DNA of 19,643 nt, from assembly GCA_041736305.1 (NCBI GenBank), contig JBGSTX010000176.1:1-19643 (forward strand). Direction: 5' to 3'. The stretch comes from Oligoflexus sp. GTDB taxonomy: Bacteria > Bdellovibrionota_B > Oligoflexia > Oligoflexales > Oligoflexaceae. Numbering within the stretch: position 1 is the first letter of the stretch; the number at the start of each line of letters is the position of its first letter. The notes beneath the pieces are model-generated. The model made no database searches and had not been told where the DNA came from. It worked only from the letters and a program-made list of their open reading frames with translations. The position numbers and the translations under genes were made by a program. Below are positions 1 to 8,938 of the stretch, in pieces.

Positions 1-1
1 T

Positions 2-1927
2 TGGGCGGAGCGCTCGGGCTATAAAAGCCGCATCATGGCTTGTTATGATCAGCACTACACGCTGCAAAAGGCAGCTGGGCATCGGCTGAATCTCTCGCAG
101 GAAAAGAATCTGCATTCGATATGCGTCAATCACTACAGAAACATTAATAACAATATCGTTCAGCTTGTGACGCAGAATAAGACGAGCTACTTCGTAAAAG
201 CCCGAGACGGTGATTCGAACGCTACTTCAACTGCTATAGTCGGCAAAGGCGCTATCGATAACTATGTCCGAACGCTTCGGCTGAATAAGACTAATCGAAT
301 GGCCGTCCTGACGGCGCTCGTATGCCAAGAAGCATTTTTCTATGTTCCTTGGGATAGAGGAGCTGGCAGGAGGATCGCGATTGGTGACAGCTTTGTTTCG
401 TCCGGCGATAGCGTAGTCGAAGTTTTAACGCCGCTACATGTGGCGCGTAACCCACGGGCAAAGACGCAGAAATGGTATATCGTCGCGACGAGAAAGAATA
501 AGTACGATCTAGCCTCGCAGTTTGCTGCGGATCGTCCTGATTTTGCAGAGTACATCGAAGGTCTAAGCGACAAAGAGGACGACTTTAACTTTCTGAATCG
601 GCTGAATTTCGGGGCTAGCGAGAGTGGCTGTTTCGATGATGAGATCTGGCAATTTACCTTTCTTCACGAAGCAAGTGATGTGCTCCCAAGGGGTAGGATT
701 GTTACTTATGTTGGCAATCAGGCTATCGAAGAAGAGAATGATCTCATCAAAAGATATGAGCGAATTCCAGTCTTTCGAGTCTCGGGCGGGGATGTTATTG
801 AATCGATCACAGCTCACTCGCCAGCGATTGATACGCTGAGCCTACAAGAAGCGCTTGATAAGATTTATACGGCGATAGTTACAAATGCGATAAACCTATC
901 AACAATACAGCTCTATTCTTCTGATCCGAAAACAGCTGTAAACCCGATAAAGCCGGGCACCAATCTCTGGACAGGAGCTCAGGCTCCACAGGCTCTGGAT
1001 CTGCATAACGCGAGCCCATCGGTGCTCAATGTAATAAACCAGCTGCAAGGCCAGCAGACACAGCTCTCGGGGCTCAATGATGTGGTGCGGGGCACTGTTC
1101 AAAACGCGCCAAATCTAAAGTCAGGGACGGCGCTAGCGCTGGTCTTAACGTCAGCTATCCAATATGTATCAGAGCTTCAAGAAGAGATATCGTTCGCTCA
1201 AGAAGGGGTAGGCAATCAGCTCATTGTGAATCTTAAACTAAATGCTACTGAGTCCCACGTCGCTTTGCTTGGAGGGCCTGGCGCCGAAACCTATACGAAA
1301 GATTTCACGAAGCAAGAGATCTCCGGGGTAGAGCGTGTGACGGTGGAGCTGCAAAATTCGGTGATGGCTACTCAAGCAGGCAGAATGCAGGTTGGCGAGA
1401 CGATGCTTAATCAAGACGCCGGAAACTTTGACGACTACCTGGCGCTTGTGACTACGGGTGAGACGCCGCCGAGCGCTCAGCGGGCTACAAAGATTAGGCG
1501 CCAAGTACAGGCCGAAAACGAGGCTCTAAGACGCGGTGAGCAGGTTCCTGTCCTTGCCTCTGACAAACATGAAAACCATTATCCTGAGCATCTTGATATC
1601 CTCTCGGAGCCGGAAACAAGGAAAAACCCAGTTATCGTTGCAAATATTCTGGAGCACTGTAAATGGCATTTTGATAATTGGCTCGCCATGAATCCAGCGG
1701 AGGCGATGCTTTTAGGCCACATGCCTCCTCCCGGGCAAGGCAATGTTCCGCCACCGGCATCCGGGGATATGGGAGAGGGAGAGCCCATGGATGCAGCGGA
1801 GGCTATGGAGATTTCCGATCCAACTATGCCTAGGCTTCCAAATATGCCTGAAGGCACTCCAGCCGCTTATCAGAACGCAATGGACTCGTACAAAAGTGAT
1901 CTAGCCCTCGAGGGGGCTCTTCAATAA
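2..1927 (+). CDS. Portal (head-tail connector) protein, P22-like; 5' end truncated by the window
   Basis: The frame is open from position 2 (TGG GCG GAG...), so the true start probably lies upstream of the window. Size is >640 aa. It has a portal-like 'QLSGLNDVVRG...KSGTALALV' segment and a Pro-rich C-terminus, and sits before scaffold and capsid genes. Confidence 0.85.
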   Translation, partial: WAERSGYKSRIMACYDQHYTLQKAAGHRLNLSQEKNLHSICVNHYRNINNNIVQLVTQNKTSYFVKARDGDSNATSTAIVGKGAIDNYVRTLRLNKTNRMAVLTALVCQEAFFYVPWDRGAGRRIAIGDSFVSSGDSVVEVLTPLHVARNPRAKTQKWYIVATRKNKYDLASQFAADRPDFAEYIEGLSDKEDDFNFLNRLNFGASESGCFDDEIWQFTFLHEASDVLPRGRIVTYVGNQAIEEENDLIKRYERIPVFRVSGGDVIESITAHSPAIDTLSLQEALDKIYTAIVTNAINLSTIQLYSSDPKTAVNPIKPGTNLWTGAQAPQALDLHNASPSVLNVINQLQGQQTQLSGLNDVVRGTVQNAPNLKSGTALALVLTSAIQYVSELQEEISFAQEGVGNQLIVNLKLNATESHVALLGGPGAETYTKDFTKQEISGVERVTVELQNSVMATQAGRMQVGETMLNQDAGNFDDYLALVTTGETPPSAQRATKIRRQVQAENEALRRGEQVPVLASDKHENHYPEHLDILSEPETRKNPVIVANILEHCKWHFDNWLAMNPAEAMLLGHMPPPGQGNVPPPASGDMGEGEPMDAAEAMEISDPTMPRLPNMPEGTPAAYQNAMDSYKSDLALEGALQ

Positions 1928-1940
1928 AGGAGGATTGAGG

Positions 1941-2828
1941 ATGGCAGGGGAAATGGAAGAAATTGATATGAATGTTGGTGGGGGAGCTGATGAAGACTCG
2001 CAAGAGACGGGTGAAGAGTCCAATGATGAATTTAGCGAGAACACGCAGGATAGCAAAGGCAAAGATCTAGCGAAGGTTAATATTTTTGGCGAAGAGGAAG
2101 ACCTTCCGCCGATAGAAGAGATGAAGCGAGACTATCAAAAGTATCGTGCAGCTCAGAAGATGTTTCAGGAAGCCTCTCAGATTAAAAAGCAAATGCAGTC
2201 GTTTATTCGCGAGATAAAGAAAAACCCTGACATCCTCTCCGATCCCCGGCTCGGGATTGATCTCGATAACTACGCCGAGCAGAGGATGCTCCGAAAGCTA
2301 CAAGATAGGATGCTATCGCCGGAGGAAAAGGAAAAGCTCACGCTAAAGGAAAAGCTGCAAAGCTACGAGGAACGTGAAAAGAAAGAAAAGGAGCGAGAAG
2401 CTACTATCGAGCACCAAGAGCGGGTTCAGCGCCAGAGAGGGGAGATCAGCGAAGTAATCGATAAGGCGCTGTCCGGAACGGACATTGAAAAAGATGCCTA
2501 CGCTTTGAGGACGGGGGCCGTGTTTCTCAAGAGCTGCCTTCAGCAGGGGTATTGGCCTGATCCCGAAGAGATCAAGGAGTATGTCGAAGGGCGCGTCATG
2601 AAAGACTACGGGGCAGCACTGAGAAAGCTGCGAGGCCCGGCTCTTTTGAAGTTTCTGGGAGATGAAGGACTCAAAGAAATAAGGAAAGCTGATCTTCAGC
2701 GGCTCACAGGTAGGCTTCAGGAACAAAGGCCTATTCCGAAGATGACCGAGGGGGGCGGAAGAAAAGAGCCCGAAAAACTCGATCGCTGGGCACTTCAAGA
2801 AAAAGTAAACCGTTGGGCAGAATCATAG
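1941..2828 (+). CDS. Capsid scaffolding protein
   Basis: RBS AAGGAGG (1927-1933) lies 7 nt before ATG 1941, which is preferred over TTG 1935. Very acidic, disordered N-terminus, then a charged coiled-coil (EEREKKEKEREATIEHQERVQRQR). Located between portal and capsid genes. Confidence 0.75.
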   Translation: MAGEMEEIDMNVGGGADEDSQETGEESNDEFSENTQDSKGKDLAKVNIFGEEEDLPPIEEMKRDYQKYRAAQKMFQEASQIKKQMQSFIREIKKNPDILSDPRLGIDLDNYAEQRMLRKLQDRMLSPEEKEKLTLKEKLQSYEEREKKEKEREATIEHQERVQRQRGEISEVIDKALSGTDIEKDAYALRTGAVFLKSCLQQGYWPDPEEIKEYVEGRVMKDYGAALRKLRGPALLKFLGDEGLKEIRKADLQRLTGRLQEQRPIPKMTEGGGRKEPEKLDRWALQEKVNRWAES

Positions 2829-2869
2829 TTGTCTTAAAGCTCACAATGAGAATAGAGTAATGGCTAAAG

Positions 2870-3080
2870 GCGATACCTCCCGAGAGATTCGCGCTAGGCG
2901 CTGACGATACCCGCGCAGTCGGATTCAATAAAGGATAGGTTCAAGCGATACCTCGTGAGAGATTCGTTCTATCTTTTTCAGATACCCGCGAAGAGATCGG
3001 ATTCGAAGCGATAGAAAGAGATCCCGTTTTTATTTTTCTCCTTGATACCCGCAAAGAGTACGGATTCAAGAAAAGAAAAA
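2870..3080 (+). repeat. Array of five (plus one degenerate) hairpin repeats, consensus GA-TAC-[stem-loop]-AT-TC; candidate cis-regulatory RNA
   Basis: GATAC starts at 2872, 2906, 2947, 2981 and 3044, each followed by CTC..GAG or CCG..CGG and then ATTC. A degenerate GATAG..GAGATCC copy starts at 3010. Confidence 0.85.
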
Positions 3081-3135
3081 GAGAATTGTTTTTCAATTTA
3101 TCACTCATAATCCAATTTATTCGCGGGAGCCCTTC

Positions 3136-4359
3136 ATGGGAACTACTAATACTGCTGCTACGCTTACCTCATATGTAAAAGAAGTCTATCCTTCAGGTAT
3201 CGGTCAGGTGATTCCTCGTAAGACGATGTCACTTGATACGATGAAATATAAAAACGATCTCGAAATCGGGCAAAAAGCCAAAATCCCCATTCAAGTTACA
3301 GATGAGCACGGGTTTTCATACAAAGACGGCCCTGGGACGATTGCATTAGCAGCGGCCGTAGCCCATGAAGGCGTTCACCTTGAGGTAGGCCCTTATCAGC
3401 TTGCACTTAGAATACGGATTTCGTATGACCTTGCAGCTCAGGCTTCAAGCAGCAAGAAAGCCTTTGCTGTATGGAATGAAAAACGCTTCATTCCTGCTAT
3501 CGAATCTGCTCAAAAACGGCTCAATGTTCTTGCTACATACGGCCGAGATTCTCTCGCTGAAGTCGAATCCGTCAGCACAAACGATATAGTCATCAAAGCT
3601 GGATCTTGGGCGCCTTGGATTTGGCTCGGAGCTAAGGGAGCTCCCATCGACATCTTTTCAGCCAAAACAGCAGGCACACAGAGAAACACTGGGGCCCTGA
3701 CGATTGCCGGAATCAATTCGAGCACTCGAACTATCACTGTGTCGGGGACTCACAGCGGCGTCGCTCCCGGAGATTTCCTCTTTTACTTCCAGGCTCGGGG
3801 CCAAGAACAGTTTGGAATCTTTGGCGCTGCAAAGCAAAGCCTCGTAGGCAGTATCTATAACCTTAATCACTCTACTTATGAAGCTTTGCAGGCGAACTAC
3901 TACCTTGTAACGGGCCGACTTACTATCGGCCAGCTGTTGGAAGCTGCTGCTTACAGCATGGATAAGGGCTGCGATGAAAAGCTTGCTGTCCAGATTCCGA
4001 GTACCTGTTTTGCGAATATGGTGAATGATCAATCGGCGCTTAGAAGTCATGGCGCAGAGATGAAACTCAGAAACGGCGCTAAGTCTCTGGAATTTTCTCT
4101 GGGCGATGTCGAGCTTGAGATCATGCCAAGCGGTGTCGTAAAGCGCGGGGAATTCATCATGTATCCCGAGCGCTATACGCACAGGATCGGCTCGACAGAC
4201 TGGACGAATACCCTTCCCGGCACAGACTCTGAGGAGCTCGTGCTGCATGTTCCCGATGCTACTGAGTATGAAATGCGATTCTATACGGCTCAAACTGTCG
4301 TCCCTGAGAAAATGTCTTGGGTTACCTACGGAAGCCGCGCTGATGGCGGAATCCTGTAA
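3136..4359 (+). CDS. Major capsid protein (HK97 fold inferred) with a beta-rich insertion domain
   Basis: 407 aa, RBS GGGAG at 3125-3129. N-terminal 'LTSYVKEVYP' is typical of capsid N-arms. It follows the scaffold gene and is followed by a terminator-like hairpin. Confidence 0.85.
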   Translation: MGTTNTAATLTSYVKEVYPSGIGQVIPRKTMSLDTMKYKNDLEIGQKAKIPIQVTDEHGFSYKDGPGTIALAAAVAHEGVHLEVGPYQLALRIRISYDLAAQASSSKKAFAVWNEKRFIPAIESAQKRLNVLATYGRDSLAEVESVSTNDIVIKAGSWAPWIWLGAKGAPIDIFSAKTAGTQRNTGALTIAGINSSTRTITVSGTHSGVAPGDFLFYFQARGQEQFGIFGAAKQSLVGSIYNLNHSTYEALQANYYLVTGRLTIGQLLEAAAYSMDKGCDEKLAVQIPSTCFANMVNDQSALRSHGAEMKLRNGAKSLEFSLGDVELEIMPSGVVKRGEFIMYPERYTHRIGSTDWTNTLPGTDSEELVLHVPDATEYEMRFYTAQTVVPEKMSWVTYGSRADGGIL

Positions 4360-4378
4360 AAGTTTCCTCCTAAATAAT

Positions 4379-4407
4379 AGCCCTGACTCTCCCCGGTCGG
4401 GGCTTTC
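4379..4407 (+). terminator. Probable leaky intrinsic terminator or stabilising hairpin after the capsid gene
   Basis: AGCCCTGAC (4379-4387) pairs with GTCGGGGCT (4396-4404), with one G-U pair, and ends in only a short TTTC tract. Confidence 0.6.
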
Positions 4408-4424
4408 AGCTCGAGGTGGGCACC

Positions 4425-4934
4425 ATGGGAAGTTTAACAGTTTTATTTGAGTCGAACGAAGATCTAGCTACGCTCCAAAAGGTAGATCAGAATATTCACC
4501 TTTCCAACTATGTGAAAAAGGTCATCCTTGGCGCTGCCTGGGGATCGGTTCGCGCGTACTATGACGCTTCGAATCCTGTGGCAGCGAGCGGGACAGCTAC
4601 GCTCGTGAGCGTTCCAGCTGATGACACTATTACGATCGGCGGCGTTACGCTTACGGCCAAAGCTTCACCGGCCAATGAAAATCAATTCAATCAGTCGGGT
4701 AACGATGGCGCTGATGCTACTAGTCTAGCCGCTATCATTAGCGCTCATTCGGTGCTCGGAAAGTTTGTGTCGGCGAGTGCTAACTCTAACGTTGTTACCA
4801 TAACCTCTAGGCTTCTCGGACAGATTGGGAACCTGCTTACGCTTGCCCGGACAGGCACAGCCATAACCCTTTCAGGCGCTACACTTGCAAACGGAACGGG
4901 GGGCCCTGCTTCCGCTCCCGTGGTCTTGGATTAA
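4425..4934 (+). CDS. Accessory virion (decoration-type) protein with a domain resembling the surface domain of Mu-like tail sheath proteins
   Basis: RBS GAGGTGG (4413-4419) precedes ATG 4425. Pattern 'AASGTATL..TITIGGVTLTA..ATSLAAIISA..VSASANSNVVTITSR..G..GN..TLSGATLANG'. Immediately downstream of the capsid gene. Confidence 0.6.
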   Translation: MGSLTVLFESNEDLATLQKVDQNIHLSNYVKKVILGAAWGSVRAYYDASNPVAASGTATLVSVPADDTITIGGVTLTAKASPANENQFNQSGNDGADATSLAAIISAHSVLGKFVSASANSNVVTITSRLLGQIGNLLTLARTGTAITLSGATLANGTGGPASAPVVLD

Positions 4935-4936
4935 GC

Positions 4937-5521
4937 ATGAGAAACACCGAAAAGCAGCTCTCCGAAGAATGGGCGTCTACAAAGACGTGGAAGTTTGATC
5001 TCAAAGCGATCGAAAAGGCGATATCTGTCCAAGTGAATTATTCGAATGCGGCTCCCTCTGCAAAGGCATTTGCGTTTTCTGATGTCGATGTCGCTGCAAA
5101 CACGATTACCGAAGCGAGCCACGGGTATAAGACTGGACTTAAAGGCCAGCTCACGACGAGCGGAGGCCTTCCTACAGGACTTTCAGCAGCGACAGATTAC
5201 TTTGTGATCTACATCGATGCAAACACCTATAAGCTTGCAAGCTCACTCGCGAACGCCGAGGCAGGGACAGCGGTAGATATTACAGCTCAGGGCACTGGAA
5301 ACCATACCTTCACTCCGACAGCAGCAACGGGGAATGTCCTTAAGCTCCAAGCGTCAAACGATGACACCAACTATAAAGACATATCTGGGAAGACGGTGAC
5401 AATCGGAACCAGCTCTGGGACTGAGCTCTGGGAGCTTGGGGAAGTGAGCTATCGCTACCTGCGAGCTCTCTACACGCCGTCAGCGGGACAGATTCGTGTA
5501 GAAATTTGGCCTTCATATTAG
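4937..5521 (+). CDS. Accessory virion protein: jelly-roll-like domain with an inserted FCCH-like beta-barrel
   Basis: The insert 'DVAANTITEASHGYKTG..LPTGLSAATDYFVIYIDANTYKLASS..GTGNHTF' resembles the FCCH-like modules common in phage structural proteins. The flanking 'LKLQASNDDTNY..YRYLRALYT' is jelly-roll-like. Confidence 0.6.
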   Translation: MRNTEKQLSEEWASTKTWKFDLKAIEKAISVQVNYSNAAPSAKAFAFSDVDVAANTITEASHGYKTGLKGQLTTSGGLPTGLSAATDYFVIYIDANTYKLASSLANAEAGTAVDITAQGTGNHTFTPTAATGNVLKLQASNDDTNYKDISGKTVTIGTSSGTELWELGEVSYRYLRALYTPSAGQIRVEIWPSY

Positions 5522-5536
5522 AGCGGGAGTCCTTCC

Positions 5537-7528
5537 ATGGGCGTAGCAAAGACCTGGGCAAATGTCGGCTATACCGTCCCCGAGGCAGGTGATCCCAGGG
5601 GAACCTGGGGCCGCACGACATCACTCTTTCTTCAGGCTTTGGCTGACAAAGCGATGTCAACCTATGGAGGAAACCAGGCTCTCACTGGGGCCGATCTTGA
5701 TCTCGGCGGATCGTTTGGAGTTAAGGCCCAGTATCTAAAGTCTCGCTCAAGCAATATTGCTCAGAGTCAGATTGTTAGGCTTGCGAATAACGAAGGATTT
5801 GCATGGCGAAACGCTGGGAACAGCGCAGACCTTGCTTTCAAGGTCAATGCATCGGACGCCTTGGAATTTGATGGCAAGGTGCTTAGCTCCAGCACTGGAG
5901 ATCTCAATGGGATTAGCTCTAATGGTATCGTCGCGAGGACGTCAGCAAACAATTATGCTCCGAGGACGCTGACGGCTGGTTCTAGCAAGCTAAGTATTAG
6001 CAATGGTAGTGGAGCCTCTGGCAATCCCACTATTGATGTCGTTGAAGGAAACCTTACGCTTGATAATATCGGCGGGACGCTGAGCGGAAGTAAGATTAGT
6101 CCTGCATTCGGTGCTCAGAACATCAGCACTACGGGGACTTTGGCCAGCGGAGTACCTACTCTAGGTATCTCAGGAGTAAACACGGCTCACACTCATAACA
6201 CTCAAAGGATGGTGGTAAGGTCAGCTGCGACTTCAGATTTCACATACATTGATCTTCGAAGTTCAACCGATCTGAACGGGTTTATCGGCGTCAACGGTAC
6301 CAGTGGTACGAAGCTTATAACAGGCAGTGCAGATAAAGCGCTTGCCCTCGGCGGAGTGGGAGGCATCTCTCTTTCCGGGAACAATGGCACAACTGAGCAC
6401 GTAACTATCAGCACAGTAGGCGCGGTGACGCTTGGTCCAACTAACACAGACACTGCTTCAGGCCCAAGCCACATACGGAACGGCTACACATCGAGTGGTG
6501 CAACCGGCACAGGCGACGCTCAGAAGCGCTTTATGTGGAATGTAAACGGTTACAGCTCTGGCTATTCAGGCTTCCCAGCAAGAACTGGTGTAGGCTCTTT
6601 AGGCGGCGCTATGCTTGAAATGTTCGCAAGAACATCAAATAGTAGCAACGCATTTACATTCAGTACTAGCCAGACTGGCGATGGCGCAACGACTACCATG
6701 ACGCCAGTCTTAACAATGACCCAAGCAGGTGCCTTAACGCTCGGTCCTCCCGCTACCAATACCACGCATTTTGTTAACGGTAATATGCAGTATAAAGGCT
6801 CAAATACAACAAACTCCGTTACTACCGAATACCGAAACTCAGATGCCTCAAGATTTTCGTATGTCGGTCTTAATAACAGCGCGGGCACTGCCTTAATCAC
6901 TGGTACTGATCCAAGTGCGCTTTGTATTGCTGGCAGCAATGGTATTGCGTTTAGCGGTAACGCTAGTGCTTTACACGGCAGCATTTCCCCAACAGGCGCG
7001 CCGACATTTGGGTCTACTACTACGGGTGTTGCAGCGACATTTAACGCTTCAAATATCAATCTTAACGCTATTGCAAGCGCCACTACCATTAACTTTATAA
7101 TGTCTCTTGCAGGCGCACAAAAGTGGCGAATATTTAATGATGTAACGATAAGCGATAGGCTCTACATATATGATGCAGACCAATCGGCTGGCGTGTATTT
7201 AGCTCAAAACGCTACCGCCTGGGCTTCGGCTTCTGATGTACGGGTAAAGAAAAATATCACTCCCATTTCTAAGGGTCTAGCTGATCTTAATAAAATCAAT
7301 GTTGTTGAATTCCATTATCTAACCGACGAAGACCAGAGGATGAAGCGGCTTGGCTTTATTGCTCAAGAGCTTAATGAAATTCTGCCAGAAGCGGTTGATG
7401 TATCTGACGTGGGCATGTGGGGTGTAACTGCTGCCGATCTAATACCAGTACTTGTTAAAGCTATTCAAGAACAACAAGCCCTCATTGAGTCCCTAAAGAC
7501 AAGAATAGAAGCACTCGAAGTAGTCTGA
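5537..7528 (+). CDS. Tail fibre / receptor-binding protein with C-terminal S74 intramolecular chaperone (auto-cleaving) domain
   Basis: 663 aa, Gly/Ser/Thr/Asn-rich. C-terminal 'SDVRVKKNI...[15 protein letters not shown]...[27 protein letters not shown]' (7232-7528) is the canonical S74 pattern with terminal coiled coil. RBS GGGAG at 5525-5529. Confidence 0.92.
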   Translation: MGVAKTWANVGYTVPEAGDPRGTWGRTTSLFLQALADKAMSTYGGNQALTGADLDLGGSFGVKAQYLKSRSSNIAQSQIVRLANNEGFAWRNAGNSADLAFKVNASDALEFDGKVLSSSTGDLNGISSNGIVARTSANNYAPRTLTAGSSKLSISNGSGASGNPTIDVVEGNLTLDNIGGTLSGSKISPAFGAQNISTTGTLASGVPTLGISGVNTAHTHNTQRMVVRSAATSDFTYIDLRSSTDLNGFIGVNGTSGTKLITGSADKALALGGVGGISLSGNNGTTEHVTISTVGAVTLGPTNTDTASGPSHIRNGYTSSGATGTGDAQKRFMWNVNGYSSGYSGFPARTGVGSLGGAMLEMFARTSNSSNAFTFSTSQTGDGATTTMTPVLTMTQAGALTLGPPATNTTHFVNGNMQYKGSNTTNSVTTEYRNSDASRFSYVGLNNSAGTALITGTDPSALCIAGSNGIAFSGNASALHGSISPTGAPTFGSTTTGVAATFNASNINLNAIASATTINFIMSLAGAQKWRIFNDVTISDRLYIYDADQSAGVYLAQNATAWASASDVRVKKNITPISKGLADLNKINVVEFHYLTDEDQRMKRLGFIAQELNEILPEAVDVSDVGMWGVTAADLIPVLVKAIQEQQALIESLKTRIEALEVV

Positions 7529-7552
7529 AAATACTATGAAGGAGCGATCATT

Positions 7553-7783
7553 TTGACAGAAGAAATAAAAGCTGCACGATTAGCATTAAGCGATTTCTAT
7601 CAGCTAACCCGCACAGCTCAAGCGACAGCGGATGTACATGAGGTCTACAAAAAGCATCAAGAATCAATCGCAAAAGTATTTGACGCATATGAGCGAGTCC
7701 TTGATGCATACGAGACGCTGATGGACGAAAGAAGTAATTCGAGAGTGATAAGCCTGGAGGCTTCACAACCTTCCCCTTTGTAA
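7553..7783 (+). CDS. Small helical hypothetical protein (possible fibre assembly helper)
   Basis: RBS AAGGAG (7539-7544) lies 8 nt before TTG. The gene fills the gap after the fibre gene and the product has an amphipathic helical composition. Confidence 0.6.
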   Translation: MTEEIKAARLALSDFYQLTRTAQATADVHEVYKKHQESIAKVFDAYERVLDAYETLMDERSNSRVISLEASQPSPL

Positions 7784-7805
7784 CGAGCGAGAAAGGAGGT
7801 GTCCC

Positions 7806-8066
7806 TTGCGATTTATCGAAGATGAAGACGAGCTGGAAGCTAAAAAGGTTGCTCTGGATGATCTGGTTAAAATGTGTGAGACCATAATCGGAAAGCCCGG
7901 CGCAGAAAAGCGGCGTAAGAAAAAAGAAGAGTCTATGATGTCAATCATGCCAGAGAAATCCTCCAAGGCGCTTGTCATCGCTGAAAGCGGGGAAAGCGAG
8001 GACGAGGAAATGAGTGAGGAAGAGATGAGAAAGCTTAAAGAGCTCTATGAAAAAATGATCGGATAA
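7806..8066 (+). CDS. Small highly charged hypothetical protein
   Basis: Strong RBS AAAGGAGG (7792-7799) before TTG 7806. Glu/Lys-rich, 86 aa, ending 4 nt before the next gene. Confidence 0.7.
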   Translation: MRFIEDEDELEAKKVALDDLVKMCETIIGKPGAEKRRKKKEESMMSIMPEKSSKALVIAESGESEDEEMSEEEMRKLKELYEKMIG

Positions 8067-8070
8067 AACG

Positions 8071-8925
8071 ATGTTTAACGGAGATGAGCTCCCGGAGGAG
8101 CTTAGAAAAAAGCTTTCTTTGCCCAATGGGCGCTTCGAGCCCGACACGATTCGAGGCTTTTGCACGAATGCTCTGATGTATGATCTCATGCCTATACTGA
8201 TTCGGGCGCGGCGTAGTTATTATGTCAAAGTTAGCGATATCTCGTTTGTTGCTGGTAAAGAACGATATCGACTCCCCTCAAGAGCATACGCCGGAGGCTT
8301 TCAGAGTCTTCAGAGAATTATCGATCAGCAGGTATCTAAGCTTATTCAGATCGAGTGTGGGCGTGTGGACTCGATCACAAGCGGATTACCGACATCCTAC
8401 TACCTCGAGGGCGGGGACATCCTTTTTTATCCCAAGCCTCAGGATGCGCTGGGCTTCGCACGGCTCAGGTATTGGCTCCAGCCCTCAAAGCTTGTATCTG
8501 TGGCGGAGTGTGCGCTTATTGAGTCAGTCGCAGGAGCTACGATAACGACGAGTGCAATTCCCGCAGCTTGGACGACTGCAAATCGCTTCGATCTTGTGCG
8601 CGGGACATCGGACTACGAGCCATACTCGCGGGATCTGACGGCTATCAACCTGACTGGGACGACGATCGAATTCAATCAAGATGTCGATACTACTTGGGAA
8701 GTCGGCGACTATGTGACGCTTCGAGCTCAAAGCCCCTACCCTTATCTCTATTCAGCATTCTTTGGGGCCCTCATGCAGTTTGCAGCAAGCTATGTGCACG
8801 AAGCGCTCGGCGATCTAGCGCAGAAACAAGCGTCCGACATGAAAGCTGCATCGCTAGTCCAAGAGACGCTCGATATCATGCTGATGCGGACGCAAGAACC
8901 GATTCCGATCGAATCTCCCCTGTGA
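8071..8925 (+). CDS. Head-tail adaptor (tail tubular protein A / gatekeeper-like)
   Basis: 284 aa with an N-terminal helical segment, 'ISFVAGKERYRLPS', 'YYLEGGDILFYPKP...LRYW' and C-terminal helices, as in podovirus adaptors. Directly precedes the nozzle-sized gene. Confidence 0.7.
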   Translation: MFNGDELPEELRKKLSLPNGRFEPDTIRGFCTNALMYDLMPILIRARRSYYVKVSDISFVAGKERYRLPSRAYAGGFQSLQRIIDQQVSKLIQIECGRVDSITSGLPTSYYLEGGDILFYPKPQDALGFARLRYWLQPSKLVSVAECALIESVAGATITTSAIPAAWTTANRFDLVRGTSDYEPYSRDLTAINLTGTTIEFNQDVDTTWEVGDYVTLRAQSPYPYLYSAFFGALMQFAASYVHEALGDLAQKQASDMKAASLVQETLDIMLMRTQEPIPIESPL

Positions 8926-8938
8926 GAGGTAGAAGCCT

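Noticed and set aside
2870-3080. CRISPR mini-array interpretation of the repeats
   Set aside because: The repeats alternate between two types, vary internally while conserving structure, have linkers mostly shorter than spacer length, and no cas genes are in the window.
3086-3111. Sigma70-like promoter TTGTTT...CATAAT before the capsid gene
   Set aside because: The spacer is only 14 nt. The AT-rich tract is equally explained as a translational enhancer.
3658-4293. 211-aa antisense ORF within the capsid gene (and similar shadow ORFs at 2343-2798, 6562-7089, 15846-16262)
   Set aside because: They lie fully opposite well-supported genes and have no recognisable motifs or RBS, as expected for codon-bias shadows.
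4340-4425. T7 gp10B-like frameshift or readthrough fusing the capsid to the downstream decoration gene
   Set aside because: The downstream gene's frame has a TAA at 4371-4373, the capsid frame has another stop at 4375-4377, there is no clear slippery site, and the downstream gene has its own RBS.
5537-7528. Diversity-generating retroelement target in the fibre
   Set aside because: No reverse transcriptase and no near-identical TR/VR nucleotide repeat seen. The C-terminus is an S74 chaperone.
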